Assembly: GCA_002256025.1 (NCBI GenBank)
Contig: NKIB01012981.1
Coordinates: forward strand, 1-64,000
Direction of reading: 5' to 3'
Source: Asterionella formosa
Taxonomy: Eukaryota
DNA length: 64,000 nt
Position 1 is the stretch's first letter; every line of letters begins with the position of its first letter. This document shows positions 11,329 to 23,141 of the stretch, piece by piece. The translations under genes and the position numbers were made by a program. The notes under the pieces are model-generated. The model worked only from the letters and a program-made list of their open reading frames with translations. It had not been told where the DNA came from and did not search any database.

Positions 11329-11689
11329 AATGTTAGTATGTTTTATAGCCCATTCGTACTCACCTATTTCAAGGCAAGTCTGTCATTGTGCTACCTGCCG
11401 ACAAGACCTGTGCTTGTTTCCTAGTAGTTTCGTTAGCGTAGGTGAGTCCCTAACCACCTTTTGCAAAAGGTGATTGTTGGGGGAAACTCCGACCGCCTAG
11501 GAAGGCGGCAAAAGCTGCTTGTAGGGAGGCAACCCACTAGTATTTCTTTAACACCAGGCAAGACCGTGCGGGACGGCGAGTAGTGTGGGATTCGAACCCA
11601 ACAAATGATTCTCAAAAACTTTGCGGGAATTGAACCTCACTACCTCAGATCAAAGGCAACATGCTAAACCACCAAGCCGTTCCCTTTTC
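11329..11689 (-). mobile_element. tRNA-derived SINE-like element with 12-bp target-site duplication
   Basis: TTTCTTTTCATA flanks both sides (11317-11328 and 11690-11701). The minus-strand head has an A-box-like CGGCTTGGTGG, B-box GGTTCAATTCC and a second B-box GGTTCGAATCCC. Structured body; short ACAT/CTAA-type tail. Confidence 0.75.
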
Positions 11690-12393
11690 TTTCTTTTCAT
11701 AGTTTATGAGGGAGTGTGCAAATATACTCTTGTACTTGGGGTAATATTCTCTACCTTTCCTCTCCCTCTATCTCTCAATCAGAGGCGGGATCGCACAGAA
11801 CTTCACAGGGAGCCATCCCCCTTTATGTGATAGACTGTAACTACCTCCAGGTTTAGGTCAATCAGATATGTTGCAATTATGGAGGTACTACTGCATCTAT
11901 ATGTACATTGTGATGTGGGTAGCAGGATTAATAGAGCAAATGCAATGCTGCAGGAGCATAGTAAACCTGCATGGATCTTTACTCACCAGTGGGGTAGTAA
12001 TGCACCATGAGCATGCAGGGAGCCATTCTCCAGCAGCAATGGACCAATGGACCCTTTATGGAAGAGGCCTAGAGTAATCTACTCCTGATATTTCAAATCT
12101 GATTTCCTTTCTCATTTCTGAATCTCTCAAACCTTTGGTAACACAGAAACGCATCATTTCCATTTATTACTGATCAACTACTAGTCTACATTGATGCCAT
12201 TTCCATTACGAATTTGGCTAGCCCATTATCAACACATAGTGACATGCAACAACGAAGAATTTTCCCACAGGTTATTTGTAGCTAATAGGTAGATTGTACT
12301 TACTAGCTACTGGTAGTTCAAAATTAACAAGTACTGAAATAATTGACATGAAATTCATTGCTTTTTCAACATACATCACACAATAACAAAGAT

Positions 12394-13107
12394 CTAGACC
12401 GATTCTTGTTTCTTTTTGAATGTCCCTGCAGGAGGTTTGGTCTTGGCTTCGTCCTTCTTTTGATTTTTAGGGAACAGCCACCAGCCAAGGAAATACGTGG
12501 TGACTATGGGCATGATAATATAGGTGGTCAGTGAAACAATGATAGCAGTTGTGAGTGCTCCAGCTGCAATGTCTGAAATATTAGGTATTTTTCGAACAAG
12601 TTTTGGATAGTAATTTGCCTGAATCCAAATGACAAAAAACATTATCAGGGCCATTTTATGTTTTGGCGGAGGTTCGACACTTGCTCCTTTCTCGTCGTTC
12701 ACAAACCAAAATTCAAGGGAGTGATATGCTATGACAACTGGCTCCTCCACAAACTCGCAAGTTGTCTTCATGAGAGCATCGCGCTCTTCTGAATTCATCC
12801 AAAATTGAAGGTGTTCATACGTGTCGTAGCGGAAAATGCTCACGTATTCATTGACGTCAACACATGTTGGCCTGATAATTTCAGAGCCCAGGTAGCCTGC
12901 ATATTTCTGTTGGATTTGTGTCACCTTTTCGACCCATTTCTCAAAGAGTTCTTCCTTGCCTCTCACCACTTTTTGCTTGGCGAAGACAGTCAGAGGACCG
13001 ACTGAATTTTCTGCATAGGAGCAGTCACCAAGTCGACGCTCGTACTTGGGCGACGATGAATCATCAAAAGACGAGGTTGTCTCTTCGTTCTGCAAGTCAG
13101 AGGACAT
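12394..13107 (-). CDS. ABM (antibiotic biosynthesis monooxygenase)-fold membrane protein, COG3224-like
   Basis: N-terminal dimeric alpha-beta barrel pattern (V.RGKEELFEKW...GYLGSEIIRP...SIFRYDT.EHLQ.WMNS.ER), then LEFWF, PPPKHKMALI and two hydrophobic helices (LTTYIIMP). Confidence 0.8.
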   Translation of the reverse strand: MSSDLQNEETTSSFDDSSSPKYERRLGDCSYAENSVGPLTVFAKQKVVRGKEELFEKWVEKVTQIQQKYAGYLGSEIIRPTCVDVNEYVSIFRYDTYEHLQFWMNSEERDALMKTTCEFVEEPVVIAYHSLEFWFVNDEKGASVEPPPKHKMALIMFFVIWIQANYYPKLVRKIPNISDIAAGALTTAIIVSLTTYIIMPIVTTYFLGWWLFPKNQKKDEAKTKPPAGTFKKKQESV

Positions 13108-14408
13108 TGTCGACGGAAGTAACGGGTGCAGCTGGGCTGCAACGAGTGTACTGCTTAAATGAGGAACAAACGCTGATTGTGGTCAAGCATCCCGTCCCCG
13201 CTGTCCTTCGAAATGGAAATTGTTCTTGTTATTATCCTCAACAAAATTAACCCACCCTCAGGCATCGTCCCCTTGGTGCAGAAAAATGGAGCTCCAGCAT
13301 TTTATTGTTTGGGTCGTTATCGTTGATTGCCGAAGGAGGAGTTGTACGTATTTACTGGTATTTTTATATGTACACCACACATCACACACACAGAACTATC
13401 GTATTGTTCTTTTATGACATGTGGCATCCAACAACATAACGAGAGGAATATATCATACCGGTAATAATAGATATTACCCAATAATACATAATTATTATAA
13501 TGGTTGATAATTGCTAAAACAGAAAGATTCTTGATTCCTGATTCTCAAAACCGGTCTCATCTGGATGTGTGAAGATATCATTTCCCTCCCAGTAAAGTTC
13601 ACCAAAAAGGTCCTAAGCTCTATGATATCTCAGGACAATGTCGATTAAAAAACTGCAATATTTGACAATGATGCCACAAATTGTTATGATAGGATACTAG
13701 CCACAAAATAGGGTTCCAATCCAATCTATACTTGCCCACTTGGAAAAGCATTGACAACTGCAGTATACTATTAAAATGTTCTATGGAATATCAAACCACT
13801 AATACATCTTATCATTATCCCCCTCATATCAGCATCACTGAGAGAAAACCCCTTCCCTTTTAACATCTATAGGCATGCCTAGTGCATCACTGATGAAGCA
13901 CCACAGTGTGTAAGGACTAGGAGGCATCATGTCATCCTGAAAGGACATGTTGCAGAGGAATGAGAATTATGAACACCAAGAATTAAAAATTTATGAAGTA
14001 TCTCCTCTAAATCCATGATGGTACATTAAATAATACTGGTAGTTTAGTCTATACTGCATCAGTCTACATCAGCACTGTTGTAGCCCACAGATGGTCTGTC
14101 ATATGGCATGAGCAATAAAGCTACAAATTGTCTCATATATTTTTCCTCTACAGTAAAATGTGGCTTGAAAAGAGGAAAATCAGTAAGTGCACATTCCAGA
14201 GAACAACAAGGAGAAGTACATGATGGTAGTCCCTAAACAATCAGTGCAGAATATGGGTGTGCATGCAACCTATCATATTTCCATGTGCTACCAATTAATC
14301 GATGTAAGCAGCGGCCTCTAAAGATAGAAAAGATTCAAAACTCAAAAGAAAAAACTAAAATAAGAATTAATGCAATGAAAATGTGCCACAGGCTCATAAA
14401 TATTCAAT

Positions 14409-16165
14409 CTACCTTAACATGGGAGCATAACTGTCATAGTCTGGCTCGCCTTCCTTCTTGGGCGGCACAGTATTGGGCTGCCGAGTCACAGCCAACACTC
14501 TCTCCCAAGTGCGACCACGAGGATTCATGTTTCGAGGAGACGTGGCGACAACTTCTGGAATTGGCAACAACACCATGCGATTATTGCAAAGTCCAACAGT
14601 AAATCCAGTAAAGCCTGCCATGGCGCCATGTACTGCATTTTGTCCCAACTGCATGCAATACAAGGCATCAGCAGCATTTGCAGGGATGGAACGAATCATA
14701 TATGAAGGGTCAATGTATTTGACTGTGGCGATGTCCCCTTGGGATACAAAATACTTTTCAATTTCTGCCTTCATGAATTCTCCGATCATTGGAAGCCTCT
14801 TGTTCCCAGAAGCATCCATTTCTATAGATGCTCCCAAAAGCTCTTCGCCAGCACCTTCGGCCACAATCACAACGGCATATCCTTTTTCCTTGACGCATCG
14901 CATCAAATGAGGCAAACATCCGTTCTCTCCTTCCAAAATGGTCGGCACTTCTGGTACCAAACAAAGGTCAACATCACCAGACGCCATGGTTGCATGGACT
15001 GCAATGAAGCCAGCCGATCGGCCCATGAGTTTTACAATACCAATACCATTAGGCAAATTGCAAACAGCCTCGGTTTTGGCGGAACGGATGGCTGCTTGTG
15101 ATGCTTCGACAGCACTTGAAAAGCCAAAGGAACGATCAATGTAGTCAACATCATTATCAATTGTTTTGGGGATACCAGCAACAGAAACATTGAGGCCCTG
15201 GTCGTAAACAGATGGAGACAGTGTATAAGTTAACTTGAAAGACTGCTTCAGGAGCTATATGCTGTCACACACTAACACGTTCAACGACTTACTTTCGCCA
15301 TGCAGCCTTCGTGAATCGTAAAGGCTCCGCGATGAGTTCCATCTCCACCAATGACGTAAAGCTGCGAAATCCTCTTTGACTTGAGAAACGATAAAATCTT
15401 TTCCAAGTCAAAACCACCGCGGCTGGATCCCAAGATTGTTCCTCCATCGTGATGAATATTCTCCACCATATCAACGGTCAAAACAAGGGGCGGCAAGCTG
15501 TCATCATAAAATCCCTTGAACCCTCCACGAATGCCGTACACGTTCCCTCCAATGCCATACAGCAATGATAGCGTCTTGACGATTTCTCTCACAACATTGT
15601 TCAACCCTGGACAGAGCCCGCCACACGTAACGATGGCAGCACTTACGTGTGCCGGATCAAAGTGAAGGTATGGTCGAGGTCCCGCTCTCACATAGGCCCG
15701 CGTACTGACCAAGCCCGTTTGAGGTCTACGAACAATGTCTGCCAAGACACACTCGTGAGAAGCGATGAGTTTGTTATATTCAGTAGCCATGGGCTGTTCC
15801 GCTGCTTCTGCATCGTTGTTGTTTCGAAGCATTGGGAAGAATTGATTCGTCTTGGTTGCAAGCGAAGGCGCTTGCATGAGATTCTTTCGTTTTCCCGCCG
15901 GGGGGAAGCGTGCTCCGAGTTGTTCCACTTCCCACATGTACACTTGCTCCACCATGACTTCCTTGACGAGTGTTCCTGAGGGCAACGATTGGGACTTCTG
16001 CGCTTCTTGCAAGGCGAGCTTCGCTTCGAGGTGCACGCGGTAGTGATCTGCTCGCTTCTTCTCGTCGATTTGATCACGAAGGAAGTTGGTGAGATAATAC
16101 GTGAACACGCAGCAACCAGCGCCAACTGCGGCGAGCATGGGCATGTTGTTCGACGAGGTGGGCAT
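14409..16165 (-). CDS. PFK: ATP-dependent 6-phosphofructokinase (plant/group X type), 2 exons; intron 15198-15292
   Basis: TCGGLCPGLN, GGTILGSSRGG, IGGDGTHRG, PKTIDND, KLMGRSAGFIA and YIDPSYMIRS motifs. A 95-bp GTAAGT...CAG intron restores the frame. Confidence 0.93.
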
Positions 16166-19100
16166 GGTGCTACCTGGTACTGCGACCCAATAAATCAAGA
16201 TACGGGATTGTTTGGAGTTGTGACCAAAGCATCATCAACCTTTACCTCGTCCTACCGTATCAAGTACCCTGGTACCAGGTACCTGGTATCTCCTACCAAC
16301 AAAGAAGATCAAAAGGTGGAGGAGAAAATTATATGCATAAAATAATTCGAGGATTTGGCTTACCGTACATATACCGGGCATTCCGGAATGTTCAATATTT
16401 ACCGTTATATCGATGTGTAAACCGGAATATAGATGTATCATAAGCAATGTACCGGTAGAGAGTCCACTGTACAGTACCCTGGTACCTGGTAGGTAAGAAA
16501 TAATAGGAAAGATCACAAATAATGCATTAATACCAGGCTTTTCGTACATCGTACACACAACGAAAGATCCGAAGATTCGAGAATCCGGGCTAATTTCCAG
16601 AATAAATGAAGTACCAACGTAAATTGTGATCATATCATGTAACCTATAGACCAGCAAATCCTGCCCCAGTTATCTTCTTGCCATTCGGGTACTTATAAGT
16701 AATTTTTAGGCATTTAAATAATTTGTTATCTAATTCTATTTAGGGGCAATAGCTATGGGGCAGATCGAATTTTTCGGCATAAAAATTGCCGATTTTTGCA
16801 TGACAGCAAACAACCCTGATCATCATTCCATTCCAATCCATTCTGATTGAGTATGATTGCCAAACTGCTCCTGCTCCAGCACTATCGACTCCCTCTAGCT
16901 GAATATACATAGCTTGTGATACGAACACATAGTAGAAATATAGCAAAGTGCATTAGTACAAGAAAAGCATTGCTTGGCGGCAATATTGACATCATTGTTA
17001 ATGACCATACAAATTAACAAATACGATCAGCCAACAATGGCACAATACCACATCTTCAAAGAGTAGTCATTGATAAATACATTGGCTCTTATGTAGATAG
17101 ATAAAATCGAATCAAAACAACAGTGCAGAACAACAAATAACTACGGAAGCGATCAAAACAGATCATGGAAGCAATCAAATCGGAAATTCGATTAATAGGA
17201 TCTACAATCCACATTCAGTGTTTCACTGTTGTACTCACCAATCCGCTTCAACTAGCATAACAAGCAGCAGACAATGGGATCAAAAGAAAGGTGAATGTTG
17301 CCTGTTGCAAGCCCAAATAGAGCAACAGCAGGCAGGATAGAGTGAGAATTATAAATGTGAGGACGAAATCGGGCATATGGTACATAAAATCAAACAATAC
17401 ATAAACGATATAATTTAACAATCTGGTCTCATAAAAATAATACCAAGTCTGTAGTGATAATTTTATAATGTGTTGAACCATGCATGGTCGTTTCAAGTAC
17501 CACATACGTATTTTTGCTAGATGACTACCAGTACCGGTAGAATATCCGTTAAGCATCATCACATGCATGACCGGAGCAAAAACTTGCCACCAACATCAGA
17601 TGTATTGATATCATTGTTCATCCGACGAAATATGGACGATGCGACTACATGAATCCCTCGAGAAGACAAGCAAACCAACAACCAACCGCATCCGTTAGAC
17701 AACGAATCGCTACTGGCGTCACGGCTGAACTGATTTCGCTTCAAACCGGTCATGATGGATGACAATCGGCATGGTGAAAGGCGAATTGGTGCCGGAGTCC
17801 AATTTTCAAGAGACGAACAAAAACGAGGTGAATTCTATATATAAATTAAGAAAATCTGTATATTATATAAAATGGTTTCCTTTTGTAGACCCCTTGCCAA
17901 TTTCGGCAATCCCAGGGCTGGAAAACCGAGGGGCAATTGCTACAAATTGCAATGCCAAAATGCGAAGATATGAAATATTCAAAATATATTTTAATGCTGA
18001 TGCTGGGTAATATCAGACCCATTACAAATTTCGATGTGTCGATGGGAAATATACAAAATATATTTTATATGATGGGCTATAGCGAGCTAAAATTGACATT
18101 TACACTTGATGAGTGGGCAGTAGGTACACGAATGGTGCAACGATAGCTAGTTTCTGAATTGCCTCAACAATAACCTTTTCGGTGGCTACATGCTGTCTTG
18201 TACACGTGTACAATCGCTTGGGATGGCACTCGAAGGGTGACCTTCTCGCAGCGCCTGGGGCACCACTCGAACAGTCAACCTACTTGCACCACCCAGCCTC
18301 GAACACATGTATATTTGCAAAACATGAGACCTCCTTGGGCGTGAATTGCCTTCAGCAGCATGCCAGCTTGTGGCCTTTATTATTAGCTAGGGGCACAATG
18401 ATGAAAAGCAAAGCCAACAAAAATAGAAGGTCGATTCACCTTTTTATTCATGTATCCTTTGTGCACTGCTCAAGAGCGCAGCAAACATGATGTGTATGAA
18501 AGAATTCATTTCTTTATAAGAAAAATCATAAAATATTAATCAGCTATCATGTGCTGTAAATATCGCACTTGTACTCCCTCTGTACCAAACAGATGTAACA
18601 AGAAAGACAAAGTGTGCCCTTTCCAGAAGGAAGAGATCAATTGATCTGGCTAAATGTCTCTTCAATGATTCAAGTAGTGTATATATTTTTTGGTTCTGAA
18701 TGTTCTGTAATGGCTCTAATTCGACAAAGATTTTTTGGTTTGGTGAGTTTGGAAAAGTCATGTGGTCACTAGAAAACTGGCTCCTGAACCCCACTACTTC
18801 ACTGCTGTCACTTTGGAAATTTTAACATTGACAAGAAAATGATTGAATGGCAGAAGAACATCAATTGATTGCTAATTTCTCACTTGTAACATTAAAGGGA
18901 GGATGGTGATGATGAAAACTTCAAAATGGATGACCAACTCATCATTAATCTTGAGACAATGCACAAAACTTCAGCTGTGGTGTTATTCACCGATGTCTGT
19001 AGAAAAAACATTTCATTGTCCAAAAATGAAATGCTCGCAAATGTACTTAGCTCTTCTTTGTCTTTAATAACCATGATTGCCACTATGATGCATTCCACAA

Positions 19101-19907
19101 GATTTAAATCCTAAACTGAATCGTTTTCTCTGCATTGCTCTTCTGCTGGCTTCATTGTTTGCACGCAAAGAGTACCAGAATAAACTGCTGATAAAATAGA
19201 GTTCATAATTTATGGCTGCACTTTTGCAGTATTGCACAGGTACCTGACTGCATGGCTTAACATAGTTACTTCACTTATATAGTGCTTTAAAACTACTCAA
19301 TTGCTAATAGAGTAACCTTTGTTGCGCTTCCAGGTGTAGTCAACACTGCCTGGACTGCATGGTTAAATAAGAGTAGCCTACTACTCAAGGTAAATGTGAA
19401 GTCAAGACTCTGTGCAATTGCCGGAATCAATCAAAGCTAAATGAAGCATGGCACTAGCTTTCATGAAGAACGAGCAAGCCAACGTGACTAGACATTCATT
19501 GTCCCTCACTAGTCTTCCTTGTTTGCAATTGCCATACGACCCTAGTGCTACTACTTAATCTGGGGAAATAAATAGCAAGAGTAACAGGGCCTACAGAAAG
19601 AAGGTGTTTTCTTGTATGCAGCGGAGCTCCCTGAAGACAAGAAAGGGTTGAAAAGTAGACTTTGCAATTGCATCTGCTTCAACTGTTATTTTGTTAATAG
19701 AATGAAAATTAATGTGGAATTCCCAAAAGTTGATAGTTCACAAAGATGAGAATTGTAGAACATTACAACTCTATCGCTTATGTGTGAACATCGAAGGACA
19801 CTGAAATATGAACTCCATGAATCTCACTTTTTTCATAATTAAGTAAATTGCCAATCCGCTGAAAACTAGAAAATAAAATTTTCAAACCACCTCAGACCCT
19901 TCCATTT

Positions 19908-21083
19908 TTAAATCTCTTTACACGTCTTTGGTAGTGCTTGAACCTCTACCGCCGGACAGATATCAGGTTCATGATAAATGGCGCCTGTATTGTGTTGTTT
20001 TGGTAACACACGAGTGATGGGGAAGGAAACAGAGATAGACAACTCATCATTCGACTCCGAAGGCATCGCAATGCATTCCACCTGCTCTTCGAATATTTGT
20101 GCTTCCCTTTCTTCATGCAACATTATCAATTCATCCTGATCAAAGAATAATTCGCTCACTTCTTCTGGTAAAGTCTTAGGTCGCTGCTTGACTGCCGTAA
20201 CTAGTGGATGGGCAAAGTGGACTACACATCGAGATTCTTCGGGAATAATAGGTGATGACAAAGTGGAAAAGCGCTTCAGAGATTCGAGCTCACGTTGTAG
20301 CTCCCTGATTCCACTATCAGCAGAATAATCCGAGAGAATTGATGACATATGCGTGACCGATGTCGGCGATGAACGGGATTGTCCTGATCCAGTAGATACT
20401 ATAGTCTCTGCATCGTGAGGTGCATTATCGTAGTCGTCAGGAACTAATCTCGAGCAACTATAGTTCGGCTTGTCAGGGCTATCGTCTCGAGGGTTATGGC
20501 GAAATCCTCTAGTCAAGGGGTACAAGGAATCAATCCCAGTGCAGGTTTCCGCTTCCAGTTGGTCCATTCCCCAGGTTGGCTCCATTTTCGGCATAGTAAC
20601 CTGGAAGAGCAATTTTTTTGAACTGTCTTTAGGAAACTTATGACTGGAAGAGTATTCTGCGTCAGGAAGAAGTGGAGTAGAATAGGGATTGACGTCATCC
20701 GCAGAAACGACGTCGCCGCCTTTCTTCTTGCTCATTTTCATGTTCCTCATGTTGGTCGACTTTCGGTTTGGAGCTCCTCCGCTTCTCCTGAGAAGTGAAC
20801 TCTCCTCAGTGACGTACCTCGTATTTATTTGGGCACAACTGGCTGTGTCCGAGCCGCAAGGAATGATGTTGCTAGATAATGCTCTCCGCTTTGTTTCTCC
20901 CCATGACCGCATTCGCTCGATACGATCCAGTTGCTTCATAGCAGAAGCGGCAGCATGAGCCATGTCATAGTCCCAATCAGGCTCATCTGGATCGATTATG
21001 AGTTCATCAGGGAGCGAGAATAGATGCTTTCCGTTGTTGTAGGATTGACCAACATAGCCTCGACTTGAATTGTTCGTGGACAT
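19908..21083 (-). CDS. Hypothetical low-complexity protein
   Basis: 391-aa ATG ORF, Ser/Asp-rich, with a C-terminal VHFAHPLVT...RPKT...ELFF motif. No recognised domain. Confidence 0.75.
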   Translation of the reverse strand: MSTNNSSRGYVGQSYNNGKHLFSLPDELIIDPDEPDWDYDMAHAAASAMKQLDRIERMRSWGETKRRALSSNIIPCGSDTASCAQINTRYVTEESSLLRRSGGAPNRKSTNMRNMKMSKKKGGDVVSADDVNPYSTPLLPDAEYSSSHKFPKDSSKKLLFQVTMPKMEPTWGMDQLEAETCTGIDSLYPLTRGFRHNPRDDSPDKPNYSCSRLVPDDYDNAPHDAETIVSTGSGQSRSSPTSVTHMSSILSDYSADSGIRELQRELESLKRFSTLSSPIIPEESRCVVHFAHPLVTAVKQRPKTLPEEVSELFFDQDELIMLHEEREAQIFEEQVECIAMPSESNDELSISVSFPITRVLPKQHNTGAIYHEPDICPAVEVQALPKTCKEI

Positions 21084-23141
21084 TGCCTTCGCTATTTTTG
21101 TTGTTGTTCCTTCACAAAAATGCCACCTTTGAGCTTGTAAAATGGACGATTGATTATCGAATGAGCAGCACGGTAATTATCGGATACATGACTTTGTGGA
21201 AAGTTATGGTCGATCAAAATTTCGGTTCCGTTCCGTTCTGATCAGAGTGCAGCGCAATGTGAACACGGGTTCCAAATTCATGTTTTATGATTGAGTTGCA
21301 TTTTCAAAATACAATAAGTCGCCAGCCGGCTCTTTTATTCGCCTATAGTCAGGCCAATATATTTCATAGTAAGCAACACCAGCACAACTAATATCTACTT
21401 CGCCGCCAAATTTTGATTCGCGACAACTTCTAAAAGAAGGTCGAGGAAGCCAAATCGCCACTTCACGATTTTGATAATTAGTCCCTATTTTTAATAACCG
21501 ATCGAAAACTGTCGTTTGACGTTATACCAACGATCGTTCGAAAGTTATGGTCCGACAACAACAATCGCCTGCCGGTGATGTCTTTCCGTGCCGCTCACCT
21601 TTCAAATTGAACGTCGAGTGACGACTTTTAGATCCGGTGGGGTGGCGCGTGTGCATCAGTCGTAATAAAATAGGTTCGCCCACCTTCTTCGTTGTCGTCG
21701 TTCTCGCTGATGCGTTGGACAAGGGGTTATCACGACCCGCTCAATTTCAAAAAATATCAACACTGTATCTGCAGCGATACACACAAGTACACATTTCGGA
21801 GCAACAAAAAAATGGCTGTGGTGCAGTGTATACTTTGTATCTTATGTCATATACCGGTACAAATATGGCCTGGCCAAGCTACCAGTAAGGAAGATAACTA
21901 AAGGCTCAACAGATCTCCGTTTGAGTCAATCTTCGTCATTCGGGCACCGTAAAGGATGGGCTATAAGCTACCGGTATATGACTAGACTACAGCCCTATGC
22001 CTGGTAGACTGGGACCAGGTACCAGTACCAGGATTTGTGGATAATTGCTCGAAAGCACAGACCAGGAAAACTGTCCTATGTATTCTGTACGAAACTTGGC
22101 TGGCATGGAGTCGGATGAAGAATACAAAATACCGGGACTCGCTTCCCCCTTTCACCAATTCTTGCTACTTCTTGCAGGAGGTGGTCTTCCCTGACTTCGC
22201 AGAGTTCGGCTGTCCATTTACCGGTATCCTAGTCTACCGGGTCCTGGTACATAGCATCAGGTATCTAGTAATCGACGAGTTTATTTTGCAGGAGCTGATC
22301 TAGCTCTAATAGGCCGAGAACAGCAGCTTGTCTCTTCAGTTATTTATCATTTTATGTAGTAAGTAGCTACCAGGTACCCACCCCCCTGGTAGCTGTGCAA
22401 GTTGTGGTCATTTTGCTTAAACTAACATTTTGATCTAGAATAAAGAAAGCTAATTCTTTAGTTTCAGCAAAATTACTGCAACTACTTTCTGGTACCCCTG
22501 GTAGTAACAATGGAATAATCCAAAACAACCACGATAGTTCCTGTATATCAGTGAATACATAGCCAGGGAGACTACTGGTATGGTCCCAACGCACGTTTTG
22601 AATCTGATCAAACATTTCACACGCCAGCCGCAACAGTAGTTCGTGCGGCAAGGAATCAAACTCTGTACCTGGTACTGTAAGTCTACTCGACTACCTGTTA
22701 CTGGTACCTGGTGCCAGGTACTGGTACCTGGTACCAGGTACGGTTGTATTCCTCATTCGGAAGGACGGACAATTTCATAGTGAGAATACATTAAAAAATT
22801 TAAGACTGACTTCCTATGATGTGTAACATTTTGGCACTCGAAGTCGCATCATGTCATATTTGACAAGAAATACCAGGATGTCAAAGCTGCAGAAACCTTT
22901 CTTTACTGAAGTTAGAATATTGTCATACTTCGAGATGCTGGCCCAAAGGATAATAAGAGGCCCAAAAATCTAACTACCGGTACCTGCATGCGATTTAGAC
23001 TACTGGTACCAGTACTGGGAGTGAGTTAGGCTAATGGTAAAATAGTTCAGCTCATTGTCTCTTATTTTCTCCCTATCACTTATACAGTGTTTCTTGTAAT
23101 ACATTTTAGACGCAAACATTTCTTCATTGAAGCAGAATATA

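Larger units (their letters stand above)
9946..12143 (+). mobile_element. Decayed, internally deleted copia-type LTR element
   Basis: RNase H C-terminal motif DQLANIFTKP at 11207-11236. PPT-like GAGGGAG (11708-11714) is followed by TGT...AACA (3' LTR 11715-12143). The LTR end shares TTTCAAATCTGATT and TCTGAATCTCT with about 10010-10065 (5' LTR remnant). Confidence 0.65.

Noticed and set aside
11415..11545. HDV-like ribozyme in the SINE body (CTAGTGG pairing with CTACTAG, preceded by CGAA)
   Set aside because: I could not build convincing P1, P3 and P1.1 pairings or the canonical L3 by hand; a covariance search would be needed.
11580..11689. Functional tRNA gene on the minus strand
   Set aside because: No 7-bp acceptor stem and no regular 7-nt anticodon loop. 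It lies inside a TSD-bounded element, so a SINE head fits better.
13885..13925. CTGATGA hammerhead ribozyme core
   Set aside because: No GAAA after a stem II and no stems I/III.
18540..19700. Degenerate coding-like fragments on the minus strand
   Set aside because: Too fragmented to assign to a gene or TE family by eye.
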